DNA of 64,000 nt from an uncultured delta proteobacterium. Lineage in GTDB: Bacteria; Desulfobacterota; Binatia; UBA9968. Location of the stretch: NCBI GenBank assembly GCA_963727625.1, contig CAVSHR010000004.1:1248001-1312000 (forward strand), in the 5' to 3' direction. Positions 38,829 to 48,104 of this stretch are shown here, in pieces. The notes under the pieces were generated by a model. It did not search any database and was not told the DNA's origin. It was given only the letters and a program-made list of their open reading frames with translations. Numbering within the stretch: position 1 is the first letter of the stretch; every line of letters starts with the position of its first letter. Position numbers and translations under genes: made by a program.

Positions 38829-39499
38829 GGCACTTCTTTCTCGGTGCGGCCGTCGCGCAGATAAATTCTCCGATCGCCATAGCCCGCCGACTCTTCGCTG
38901 TGCGTCACCATGACCACGGTGCAACCGTCTTCCTTGCTGATCCGGCGCAGCAGGGACAGGATCGCCGTGCCGTTTTTTGAATCAAGATTTCCGGTGGGCT
39001 CGTCGGCGAGAAGGATCGGCGGGGCGAAGGCCAGCGCACGGGCCATGGCGACCCGCTGGATTTCTCCGCCCGAAAGCTCTTCCGGCAAGTGAGTCTTACG
39101 CTCGGCCAAGTCAACCTTATCGAGAAGCGCCTGCGCGCGCTGCTCGGATTCTGTCTTCGATCGGCCGTCGAGCATCAAGGGCAGCGCAACGTTTTCAATG
39201 GCCGTTAGCGTCGGCAGCAAATTGAAGAATTGAAACACAAAGCCGATCTTTTTACGGCGAAACAGCGTCACCTGGTCGTCCGCCATCTGACCGATGAGCC
39301 GGCCGTCGACCAGCAGATCACCGCTGCTCGGTCGATCGAGGCCGCCGATCAAGTGCAGCAGCGTGCTCTTGCCAGAGCCGCTCGGCCCCATGATTACAGC
39401 GAACATACCTTGGCCGATATCCAACGAAACTCCCGCCAGCGCGGTGATTTCGTTTTCGCCCTGTTTATAGACTTTGCGGACGTCGAGGCAGCGGATCAT
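38825..39499 (-). CDS. ABC transporter ATP-binding protein (LolD/MacB-like)
   Basis: GPSGSGKST, FVFQFFNLLP, LSGGE, LADEPTGNLD, VTH. Confidence 0.93.
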   Translation of the reverse strand: MIRCLDVRKVYKQGENEITALAGVSLDIGQGMFAVIMGPSGSGKSTLLHLIGGLDRPSSGDLLVDGRLIGQMADDQVTLFRRKKIGFVFQFFNLLPTLTAIENVALPLMLDGRSKTESEQRAQALLDKVDLAERKTHLPEELSGGEIQRVAMARALAFAPPILLADEPTGNLDSKNGTAILSLLRRISKEDGCTVVMVTHSEESAGYGDRRIYLRDGRTEKEVP

Positions 39500-39509
39500 G
39501 CGTGGGAGG

Positions 39510-39884
39510 CTAGCAGATCATTTGGATGGTCGGCGGCGTCAGCTCGAGAGATTCGCTGGCGCCCCGCTGGTTGGATTCGAGCTCCGCAAGGTTTTCTTTG
39601 ACGGAGTTGATCAGCGAGTCGACATTGATGCCGAGAAAAACCGGACCATAAATTTCCAGCTTCTCAACCCCGGTGCGCCAGAGCTTGAGCGCGCCAGCCG
39701 GCACGCCTTGCTCCAGCTTGAAATAGCCTGCGGCCACCTGGATCAGGCCCTGGTAGAATCTACGGTCGTCGCCATGCTCTTCCAACCAGATTTCCTCCAG
39801 CGTCTCGTGACACTCGAAAAACAGCTGCTGATTGAATTCCTCGATGCCCCGTAAAAAGCGCGGATCGTTCTGCGGTTCATTCAT
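39510..39884 (-). CDS. DUF309 family protein
   Basis: FNQQLFFECHETLEEIW, YQGLIQVAAG. Confidence 0.85.
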   Translation of the reverse strand: MNEPQNDPRFLRGIEEFNQQLFFECHETLEEIWLEEHGDDRRFYQGLIQVAAGYFKLEQGVPAGALKLWRTGVEKLEIYGPVFLGINVDSLINSVKENLAELESNQRGASESLELTPPTIQMIC

Positions 39885-40014
39885 TGTGATCGTCCGGACC
39901 AAATTCTTAAGTCAGCGTGGGCGTCAAGATTCCCAAGCTCGCTGGTCAGGTCTTTTGGCCCTGCTCGTCAGCCGCGGTTTATATCGCTTGGGCTTGTTGC
40001 TACCATCGCCACGA

Positions 40015-41304
40015 ATGACCCAGCCTAACCCGAAAAATGAAGTGACGCTAGAGATCCATGGGCTTTCCTACGGGCCCTACGGCATCGGCCGAGTCGAGGG
40101 CAGAGTTTTGATGGTGCCGCATACTGCCCCTGGCGATACCATCACCGCCCGGATTGTCGAAGATCACGAGCGTTTTTCGATCGGCCAATTGGTCCGTGTG
40201 CTTAAGCCTTCGCCACAGCGTCGCACGCCCCCCTGCCCTTACGTTGGCGACTGCGGCGGTTGCGCCTGGCAGCACCTGGGCTATGCAGCGCAGATCCAGG
40301 CAAAGCAGCAAAGTGTAGACGACGCTCTGCGCCGTATCGGCAAGCTCGCCGATTTCGAGTTGCGACCGATCATTCCCTCAGCCGAAGAATTTTACTATCG
40401 CCGGCGCATCCGCTTGCAAGTCGGCCCGGCGAACCGGCTCGGCTTTTTCGGTCCATCCTCCCATCATCTGGTGGAAATCGATTATTGCCGCATCGCCGAC
40501 GAGCGGCTTAATCGCGTCCTCGAAACACTGCGGCCCTGGGCGGGTAATTTACTCACTCCCATCGACCATCTGGAGATCGTGGCCGGCGACGAGGCCGAAC
40601 AGCTCGTGGTCGCCGTCCGCGCCGCCGGCCCCTTCGTGCCCCGCGACCAAGCCGCATGCAAAACCCTGATCGACGAGAAGGATGGAATTCGCGGCTTGAT
40701 CTTCGCCGGCCGCGACTGGCGCAGGAGCTGGGGCCAGCCGGCGATCACGGTTCGATTGCAGAACGAGCTTGCACTGCGCGTCGACGCCGACGTCTTCACT
40801 CAGGTCAATCCACAAGGCAACCGGCTCATGCTCGAAGCCCTGCTCGACGCCGGTGAATTTCACCGGGACGAGCGGTTGCTCGAGCTTTTCTGCGGCCCCG
40901 GTAATTTTACCCTGGCTTTGGCGCGGCAAAGCGAAGCGGTGGTCGCGGTGGAGAACCACCGGCCGGCGATCGCCAACGGCAAGCTCAATGCGCAAAGGAA
41001 CGGCATCGAAAATATTCGCTGGATGTGCGCACCGGTGCCGCGGGCCGTGGCCGATCTCAACAAGCGTCGGGCGCGCTTTGCCAAGATAGTTCTCGATCCG
41101 CCGCGCACCGGCGCCAAGGGCATCGAAGCGGAACTCGCAGCGTTGGGCGCCGAGAAAATATTCTATATTTCCTGTAACCCGGCGACGCTGGCGCGCGACG
41201 TTGCCGCACTCGCCAAGCTTGGTTACAAACTTCGCACGGTCCAGCCCATCGACCTGTTCCCGCAGACTTTTCATGTCGAAGCTCTGGCCGTACTGGAGTA
41301 CTGA
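40015..41304 (+). CDS. rlmD: 23S rRNA (uracil-C5)-methyltransferase RlmD/TrmA family
   Basis: TRAM domain, CPYVGDCGGC Fe-S motif, FTQVN, LFCGPG, LDPPRTG, YISCNPATLARD, DLFPQTFHVE. Confidence 0.9.
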   Translation: MTQPNPKNEVTLEIHGLSYGPYGIGRVEGRVLMVPHTAPGDTITARIVEDHERFSIGQLVRVLKPSPQRRTPPCPYVGDCGGCAWQHLGYAAQIQAKQQSVDDALRRIGKLADFELRPIIPSAEEFYYRRRIRLQVGPANRLGFFGPSSHHLVEIDYCRIADERLNRVLETLRPWAGNLLTPIDHLEIVAGDEAEQLVVAVRAAGPFVPRDQAACKTLIDEKDGIRGLIFAGRDWRRSWGQPAITVRLQNELALRVDADVFTQVNPQGNRLMLEALLDAGEFHRDERLLELFCGPGNFTLALARQSEAVVAVENHRPAIANGKLNAQRNGIENIRWMCAPVPRAVADLNKRRARFAKIVLDPPRTGAKGIEAELAALGAEKIFYISCNPATLARDVAALAKLGYKLRTVQPIDLFPQTFHVEALAVLEY

Positions 41305-41332
41305 AGCAAAGCACGAACGAGAGGAGGATAAC

Positions 41333-42340
41333 ATGACGACCCCAACCGCGAAGCCAGCCATCGATATCCATCACCACTACATGCCAATCCAATTAATCGA
41401 AGAAACTCAACACCACGGCAAGGTGTTGGGCGTAGCCGTCAGCGAAGAGCGTGGCAGCTACGCGCTATCTTTCGCCGGTAGCAGGCCGCACCGGCTGCAA
41501 CCGCCGATCTTTGACGTGGAAGGGCATATCGCCGTGATGGATCAAGGCCGGGTCAGCATGGCGACGCTCGAGGCCAACACCAACAGTCTCGGTTACCGGC
41601 TTACCGGCGAACAAGGCGAAGCCTGGTGTAAACTCTACAACGACTGCGTCAGCACGCTGACCAAGCAACGGCCCGACCGTTTCGTCGGCATGGCCACCGT
41701 GCCCCTGCAGGAGCCGCGACGCGCGGCCAAAGTTTTGGAGCAGGCGATCACGAAGCTCAACTTCCGCGGCATTTTCATCGGCACCAACGTCAACGGCCAG
41801 TATTACAACACCCCAGAGTTCGATCCGTTCTGGGCCAAGGCGGAAGAGCTGGACTTGCTCGTGGTCATCCACCCTGAGCATATCGCCGGCGCAGAACGCA
41901 TGACCGAGTTCGGTCTCAACGCGGTCTGCGGCAACCCTGCCGACTCGACCCTCTGCCTCGGCTACATGCTCTACAGCGGCGTATTCGACCGCTTTCCGAG
42001 GCTTAAAATTTGCGCGCTCCACGGAGGCGGCTTTCTGCCTTATCATCTCGGCAGGTTCGACAAAGAGTTCGAAACCGGCAGGAATGTGCGTCCAGCCCAG
42101 GCGACAAAGCCGCCCAGCGCCTATTTGAAAAATCTTTACTTCGACACCCTGGTTTACGACGTCGACACGCTCGAATACTTGAAGGCCAAAGTCGGCGCCG
42201 ACCGTCTTATGCTTGGGACGGATTATCCCTACACCTTGGGCGACTGGCTCGGCGTGGAAAAAATCCAGGCGCTGAACTGCGCCCAAGCCGACAAAGACGC
42301 GATCCTCGAAGGCAACGCCCGGCGCTTGTTCAAATTATAG
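41333..42340 (+). CDS. Amidohydrolase_2 family (ACMSD/LigW-like)
   Basis: IDIHHHY, VIHP, HGGGFLPY..GR, YFDT, GTDYPY; GAGGAGG RBS. Confidence 0.88.
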   Translation: MTTPTAKPAIDIHHHYMPIQLIEETQHHGKVLGVAVSEERGSYALSFAGSRPHRLQPPIFDVEGHIAVMDQGRVSMATLEANTNSLGYRLTGEQGEAWCKLYNDCVSTLTKQRPDRFVGMATVPLQEPRRAAKVLEQAITKLNFRGIFIGTNVNGQYYNTPEFDPFWAKAEELDLLVVIHPEHIAGAERMTEFGLNAVCGNPADSTLCLGYMLYSGVFDRFPRLKICALHGGGFLPYHLGRFDKEFETGRNVRPAQATKPPSAYLKNLYFDTLVYDVDTLEYLKAKVGADRLMLGTDYPYTLGDWLGVEKIQALNCAQADKDAILEGNARRLFKL

Positions 42341-42363
42341 GGCGCGATAAATCACGCCCCTAC
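42338..42363. repeat. GTAG-type REP-like palindrome / possible terminator
   Basis: TAGGGCGCGAT-AA-ATCACGCCCCTAC (minus strand begins GTAGGGGCG) overlapping the stop codon. Confidence 0.55.
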
Positions 42364-42426
42364 GAAGATTTGACCGTCTGACCATTTGAATCGACTAAAA
42401 CGATTGGACCCGACCGATCAAACGTC

Positions 42427-42495
42427 TTGAACATTTTGAACGGCTTGAAAGAACTGCCCGAACCCCTTGAACTTTTGAACCTTGAACCCTTGAAC
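42427..42495 (+). repeat. TTGAAC short tandem repeat array
   Basis: TTGAAC at 42427, 42436, 42467, 42475, 42482, 42490 and TTGAAA at 42445. Confidence 0.7.
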
Positions 42496-42500
42496 GGCCG

Positions 42501-43430
42501 CTAAATTCCAAATAGCTTCTTCGCATTAAGATGGTAGATCTTTTCCTTCTCCGCCTGCGGGACATCGAGCTCTTCCATAGCCTTCAACGTCATCGGGTAA
42601 AACTGATCGTCGCGCCCGCCGCGCCCGTGCGGGTAATCGGCGCCGAAGAGGATTTGATCGGCGCCGACGGTATCGTAAACCAGCTTGATAAACTCGGTGC
42701 GAATCGGCCCCGCCGTGTCATAAAATAATTTCTTAAAACAGCTTTCCGGCTCGTCCTTGCAAACCGGATTGCCTTCGCGCCAGTTGAGCCGGTCGAGATA
42801 AAGCAAAATCATCCCGCCCAGGTGCGACCCGATCATCCGCACCTTCGGATAGCGGTCGAAGATCCCGGCGTAGACGATACGGGAGATCGCCAGCGTGCTG
42901 TCGGTCGGCCAAAGAATTTTTTGATGCAGTGAGTATTTGTCCCAGTTCGACTGGCAGGGCGCGTTGCACGGGTGCATAAACAACGGCTTGCCACCTGACG
43001 CGAGCGCTTGCCAAAAGGGTTCAAACTCCGGCTCGTCGATATATTTGCCCGCGACGTTGGTCGGCATCATGACGCCGTGCATCTTGAGGTCCTTGTAGCA
43101 GCGCTCGAGCTCGCGCACACAGTCGTCCATATCGACCATCGGCAGACGGGCAAACGCCATAAAGCGCTTCGGGTATTTTGCATGGGCCTCGGCGAACGCA
43201 TCATTGAGAATTTTGCACAACTCCAGCGCGCGGACCCGGTCGCCGGTTTTCTCGATACGCCCGCCGGTGTTCGAAAGCACCCCGATATCGATGCCGTGCT
43301 TATCCATCGTATCGAGATACTCCCGGTGGTCGAAGGCGTGAAAGCCCGCTCCCCGGACATCGTTCTGCGCTTCCGGCACCAGATCCAAAAACTTTCCCGG
43401 AAATGCGTGAAAATGCGTATCGATAATCAT
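42501..43430 (-). CDS. Amidohydrolase_2 family
   Basis: IDTHFH, FMHP, SHLGG, FYDTA, FGADYPH, NAKKLF. Confidence 0.88.
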   Translation of the reverse strand: MIIDTHFHAFPGKFLDLVPEAQNDVRGAGFHAFDHREYLDTMDKHGIDIGVLSNTGGRIEKTGDRVRALELCKILNDAFAEAHAKYPKRFMAFARLPMVDMDDCVRELERCYKDLKMHGVMMPTNVAGKYIDEPEFEPFWQALASGGKPLFMHPCNAPCQSNWDKYSLHQKILWPTDSTLAISRIVYAGIFDRYPKVRMIGSHLGGMILLYLDRLNWREGNPVCKDEPESCFKKLFYDTAGPIRTEFIKLVYDTVGADQILFGADYPHGRGGRDDQFYPMTLKAMEELDVPQAEKEKIYHLNAKKLFGI

Positions 43431-43606
43431 GGAAGCTCCTTTTTCGTTCGTGAATCCGTTTTCAACAAATTTCGCCTTCGTTTATGGGTCGTTCCTATGG
43501 CAGCGTAGAGTTTCAATATTCTAACGCCGACTTTCCGTCAAGCCGCTGAGATTGGATAGATTGACAGGCTCGGGGCCCGCGTGTTTACCTGCCGGGGAGG
43601 TTTTTC

Positions 43607-43894
43607 ATGAGGCTTAAAATCATCTGTTTCGTAGCGACCATTTTCTTCTTGACCGTTGTGCCCCTCCACGCACAATTGAAGAAGGTTCGCTTTCCAGTCA
43701 GCACCGCTTCCATCGCCCAGGTCCCGTCCAGGATTGCCGAGATCAAAGGCATTTATGGCGACCAAGGGCTCGCTATCGAGGTGGTCCTGATTCGCAGCTC
43801 CGTCGGCATGCAAGCGCTGCCCGGCGGCGCCAACAAAGAAGTGCCGACGAGCCAGGTTTTCGACTTTAGTTTCGTGGGCAAGGCGCTGCGGTAG
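43607..43894 (+). pseudogene. Internally deleted ABC substrate-binding protein (N- and C-termini fused in frame)
   Basis: Signal peptide + KKVRF...KGIYGDQGLAIEVVLIRSSVGMQAL directly joined to KEVPTSQVFDFSFV; 95 aa; GGAGG RBS. Confidence 0.6.
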
Positions 43895-43925
43895 AGAAAG
43901 GACGAACAGAGCCGCTGGCAACGGG

Positions 43926-44371
43926 TGTCATCCTGAGGAGCAAAGTAACGAAGGATCTGCTTTTAGGTATCACAGTTCCATCGAAACAACGGGGAAGCGA
44001 CAGGAACCGATTCACTGTCCCAATGGGCGATTGAGTAGCCAATTGCGGGAGTTTTACGTTTACATCCTCGCCAGCCGGTCGAGAACCCTCTATGCCGGAG
44101 TGACCAACGATTTCCAACGCCGGGCGTACGAACACAAAATGAAGCTTGTGGACGGTTTTACGACAAAGTATACAATCGATCGCTTGGTATATTTTGAGTC
44201 AACCGAAGACGTCAACACCGCAATTTCGCGGGAGAAATAAATCAAAGACTGGAGACGCAGCAAGAAAATAGCCTTGATCGAGTCGGCGAATCCGATATGG
44301 AAAAACTTGAGTGCGGGATGGTTCGAGGAGAGAAGAAAAAAGCAGATCCTTCGCTCACGCTCGGGATGACA
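43926..44371. mobile_element. Putative element: GIY-YIG gene bounded by inverted REP-like repeats
   Basis: Left TGTCATCCTGAG-N-CGAAGGATCTGCTTTT (43926-43964); right AAAAGCAGATCCTTCG-N-CTCGGGATGACA (44338-44371). Confidence 0.55.
44031..44369 (+). pseudogene. Small GIY-YIG nuclease with premature stop
   Basis: FYVYILAS..TLYAGVTNDFQRRAYEHK..GFTTKY..LVYFE..AISREK*IKDWRRSKKIALIESANP.W; TAA at 44238 where Q is expected. Confidence 0.8.
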
Positions 44372-44449
44372 AGAATCGTCGCGGCATAACGAAATGAACA
44401 ATCGTGATCCTCTGACCCTGAACTTATCGCCTAACGGGGGTGCCGACCG

Positions 44450-46069
44450 ATGACCGACAACCGCGTTCCCGTTCTCATCGCCGGCGCCGGACCGGTCGGT
44501 TTGTCCTTGGCGATCGAGCTTGCCTACCGCGGCATTCGCTGTTTGGTTGTCGAACAAACCGACGGCAGCGTCGAGTTTCCGACGACCAATCTCGCCAACA
44601 CCCGCACCTGCGAGCACCTGCGCCGCTGGGGCATCGCCGACCGCATGCGCTTCGAATCGGGCTATCCGACCGACTACCCGAGGAACTATCTTTTCGTCAC
44701 GCGCATGGACGCCTTCGAGATCGCCCGCTTTGATCACCCGGCCAACGGCGCACCCGAATCGCGCTCGCCCTACAGCCCGGAAGGCCGGCTGTGGATTTCA
44801 AAACCCTACTTCGATCGGGTGCTCCGCGCCCACGCGAATTCGTTACCGCAGGTGCAGGTTCGTTACGAAACATCCTTTGAATCATTTGAACAAACCGATC
44901 AATCGGTCACAGCCCAAATCCTCGACAAAAGGACCGGACAAAAAGAAACCGTCGAGGCGGATTACCTGGTCGGCTGCGACGGCGGTCGCAGCAACATCCG
45001 ACGCGCGCTCGAGATCAAATATGAAGGCGTTTTTTCCCAGGGCATGAACGTTGCCGTGCTGTTTCGTTCTCCACTGCTCGATCATGTTAAACACGGCCCG
45101 GCGGTGCAGTATCAGATCATCAACGCGCAGATCAACGGCGCCATCGCCGCCGTCGACGGCAAAGAAATTTGGCGCTTGAACGTTCGCAACGTCAAGCAGG
45201 AGCAGCTCGACGTCTTCGACGCGCCACAAAAAATCCGCTACGCCCTCGGCGACAAGATTCCCTTCGAGCTCATCGCCGTGCGCCCGTGGACCGGCCACTG
45301 CGTGGTTGCCGAGAGATATCAGGACGGGCGCGTGTTCCTCGCCGGCGATGCGGCACACTTAAATTGGCCGGCGGGCGGCTTCGGCATGAACACGGGTGTC
45401 GGCGACGCCGTCGACATCGGCTGGAAACTCGCCGCCGCGCTGCAGGGCTGGGGCGGAGCCCGTTTACTCGACAGCTACACGGCCGAGCGCAAACCCATCG
45501 CCATGATCAACGTCAACGAGGCGGCGGAAATGCGCGCCAGCTTCGATAGCCAGACGCCGTTTTCACCAGCGATCGGCGACGACAGCAACGAAGGCAAACT
45601 ACTGCGTGACAAAGCCCGCGCCGCGATCTTGCGCACCCGCGCGAAAGAATTTCAGCACGACTCCGCCGGCATCGAGCTCGGCTACCGCTACGAAAACTCG
45701 CCGATCTGTGTTGCCGACGGCACACCGGCACCGCCCCTGGACCACGGGCTCTATGTGGCATCGACCTGGCCCGGCGTACGCGCGCCCCATGCCTGGCTCG
45801 CCGATGGCCGCTCGACCCTCGATCTTTTCGGCAAAGGATTCACGTTGCTAAATCTCTCGGGAACTACTACGGGCACGAACACGCTCACGGCAGCGGCGAC
45901 CCGCGTCGGCCTTCCGCTCCAATCAATCAAAATTGACGAACCAAAAGTACGCGACACTTACGAACGACATTTCGTTCTGGTCCGCCCCGACGGCCATGTC
46001 GCCTGGCGCGGCGATGAGCTACCCGACGATGGCTCAATAATCATCGACAAGGTTCGTGGCGCGATTTAA
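44450..46069 (+). CDS. FAD-dependent monooxygenase (aromatic hydroxylase type)
   Basis: GAGPVGL, VGCDGGRS, RVFLAGDAAH, GGFGMNTG, PGVRAPH, LVRPDGHVAWR. Confidence 0.92.
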   Translation: MTDNRVPVLIAGAGPVGLSLAIELAYRGIRCLVVEQTDGSVEFPTTNLANTRTCEHLRRWGIADRMRFESGYPTDYPRNYLFVTRMDAFEIARFDHPANGAPESRSPYSPEGRLWISKPYFDRVLRAHANSLPQVQVRYETSFESFEQTDQSVTAQILDKRTGQKETVEADYLVGCDGGRSNIRRALEIKYEGVFSQGMNVAVLFRSPLLDHVKHGPAVQYQIINAQINGAIAAVDGKEIWRLNVRNVKQEQLDVFDAPQKIRYALGDKIPFELIAVRPWTGHCVVAERYQDGRVFLAGDAAHLNWPAGGFGMNTGVGDAVDIGWKLAAALQGWGGARLLDSYTAERKPIAMINVNEAAEMRASFDSQTPFSPAIGDDSNEGKLLRDKARAAILRTRAKEFQHDSAGIELGYRYENSPICVADGTPAPPLDHGLYVASTWPGVRAPHAWLADGRSTLDLFGKGFTLLNLSGTTTGTNTLTAAATRVGLPLQSIKIDEPKVRDTYERHFVLVRPDGHVAWRGDELPDDGSIIIDKVRGAI

Positions 46070-46237
46070 ATTTTTTGAGAATCGGAGTGATGCTCACCCT
46101 GAAAATCACGATTAGATATCCGCTCCCCGAAAGCCTATCGGTGCGCTCAAGATAGCTACCGGATTACTGGTCTCCGGGTTGAATCCATCGACAGAGCTCT
46201 AGATCATTTCCAGCAGCACTTCATCCACTGCCTCAAA

Positions 46238-46266
46238 TTGACACCCGCCCGACCCTTTGTTATGCG
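46238..46266 (+). promoter_or_regulatory. Possible sigma70 promoter
   Basis: TTGACA-N17-TATGCG preceded by TG, upstream of AGGAG RBS. Confidence 0.35.
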
Positions 46267-46296
46267 AAAGAGAAGTTGATTTGACAGGAGCGCGCC

Positions 46297-47418
46297 ATGA
46301 AATACGGTTTCAAAGCGATGGATTCGGACATGCATGTCATGGAACCCTGCGATCTTTGGCAGAAGTATATCGACAAGAAATTTCTCGATCGTGCGCCCAT
46401 CGGTCTCAACCGCCACAAGCGCGATCTCGGCGTTCAGGTTGACGGCAAGATCATGCCGCGCCCAACGCCAAAGCCCAACCCCGAGCTCGGACCAATTCGC
46501 GAGAGAATCCTAAACGAAAGGTATAGCGAAGAAGAAGCGCGCGACTTCGACAACGTCGCCCAGCTGTGCGCCATGGACAAAGAAGGACTCGACGTGGCGA
46601 TTCTCTATCCGAGCCGCGGCTTGTTCGTCCTCGCCGTCGACGGGCTCGATCCTGAACTCGCTACCGCCATCGCAAGGGCCTACAATGACTGGATGCACGA
46701 TTATTGTAAGATCGCGCCGGATCGCATGTACGGCGCCGGAATCGTCGCACCGCATGACGTTTCGTCAGCCATCGAAGAGACCCGCCGCGTGGTCAAAGAG
46801 CTCGGCTTTCGCAGCGTGCTCATGCGCCCGAACCACGTCAACGGCAAAATGTGGAGCGATCCCTATTACGATCCGCTGTGGGAGGAGTGCCAGAAGCTCG
46901 GCATTCCTGTCGGTTTTCACGAGGCCGGCCGAGTTTTCCTGCCCCAGCCGGCCCTGTCCGAGTTCATTCCGAGCTTTACCATGTTCAACACGCTGTCTTT
47001 TCCGATGGCTAACATGTTCGCCTGCGCCGACATGATCTACGGCGGCGTCATGGAACGCTTTCCAAAACTGAAAATCGCTTTTTTGGAAGGCAACTGCGCC
47101 TGGCTTCCTTGGCTTCTCTGGCGCATGGGCGAATACGCCGAGCTGACCGGCATCGCCGAGCATCCGCAGATGAAGCTCGAACCGTTGGAATATTTCCAGC
47201 GCCAGTGCTGGGGCGCGGTGGAATGCGACGAGGCGGTCGCCAAATATCTCCCCGACTTCGGCCTCGAGGACAATATCGTCTTCTCCACCGATTACCCGCA
47301 CCTGGACGTCAAGTATCCCCATGCCGTGGAAACTTTTCTCAAGCTGCCCTTCAGCGATCAGACTAAAAGAAAATATCTGTGGAACAACTGCGCGCGGCTG
47401 TATGGCTTCGATGATTGA
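46297..47418 (+). CDS. Amidohydrolase_2 family (DxH subtype)
   Basis: MDSDMHVMEP, LYPS, RAYNDW, GFH, RFPKLKIAFLEG, FSTDYPH. Confidence 0.88.
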   Translation: MKYGFKAMDSDMHVMEPCDLWQKYIDKKFLDRAPIGLNRHKRDLGVQVDGKIMPRPTPKPNPELGPIRERILNERYSEEEARDFDNVAQLCAMDKEGLDVAILYPSRGLFVLAVDGLDPELATAIARAYNDWMHDYCKIAPDRMYGAGIVAPHDVSSAIEETRRVVKELGFRSVLMRPNHVNGKMWSDPYYDPLWEECQKLGIPVGFHEAGRVFLPQPALSEFIPSFTMFNTLSFPMANMFACADMIYGGVMERFPKLKIAFLEGNCAWLPWLLWRMGEYAELTGIAEHPQMKLEPLEYFQRQCWGAVECDEAVAKYLPDFGLEDNIVFSTDYPHLDVKYPHAVETFLKLPFSDQTKRKYLWNNCARLYGFDD

Positions 47419-47449
47419 CGCTTGTCTCGCCTCTACATCTTAACCCTGC

Positions 47450-47640
47450 CGACTTTCAAGGCGACGAGAACTTGGACTGGACCATCGCTGAACTCGGAAG
47501 CGTAGGATTCACGTACGCCAATGACGATCCCGACAGCGACATGGATAGAAACCGCATGCAGACGATTAAAAGGATCCGCGGGCTGACCAGCGCGGAAACA
47601 GCCGACCTGCTCGGGAAATCGCCCGCCCCTTTTAAATTTT
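47450..47640 (+). pseudogene. Possible C-terminal amidohydrolase remnant
   Basis: FQGDENLDWTIAELG...YANDDPDSD...LLGKSPAPF resembles degenerate E.DE...SDYPH.D...LG.NA tail. Confidence 0.35.
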
Positions 47641-48104
47641 TGGCATCTGAAATCCGCATCCGGATGCAAGCCTCTCTGACTTGGGCAGGATCCTCAAAGT
47701 AATGTCGTCAACCATCCCAAAACTTTTCCGTGTGTCCGTTCGAAGAACTCAGAACCGGTGCTGAACCGGTTAAGTGAATTCGAGACAGTTTTCGGTAGCC
47801 CGCGGTTTGTTGGCCGGTCGCGCCCGCTGCCGCGCATCGTGCGGCGGACTTGACCTCACGTCGTGATTCTCTGCTATAGTGAAGCCCCGTGACACTTTGA
47901 CAGCTCCGGCACGAGCCACGATGCATTTTGTCGTCTGTGCGCACAGCCGCAAGCGGCATGCGCTGGTTTTTTCGATTGACCTCCGGCGCCCGGGCTCTCG
48001 GTACGTCTCATGAAACGATGCTGCAACCAGCTGGCTCGAAGACTTATGCCGTCCGCAGGCAAATACGGAGCTATTCCCCCGACCGCCTGGCATCCAGAAC
48101 GGCC

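Noticed and set aside
44238-44240. Recoded stop (readthrough) in GIY-YIG
   Set aside because: Codon is TAA, not TGA/TAG; a simple CAA-to-TAA mutation is more parsimonious, and other genes here terminate at TAA
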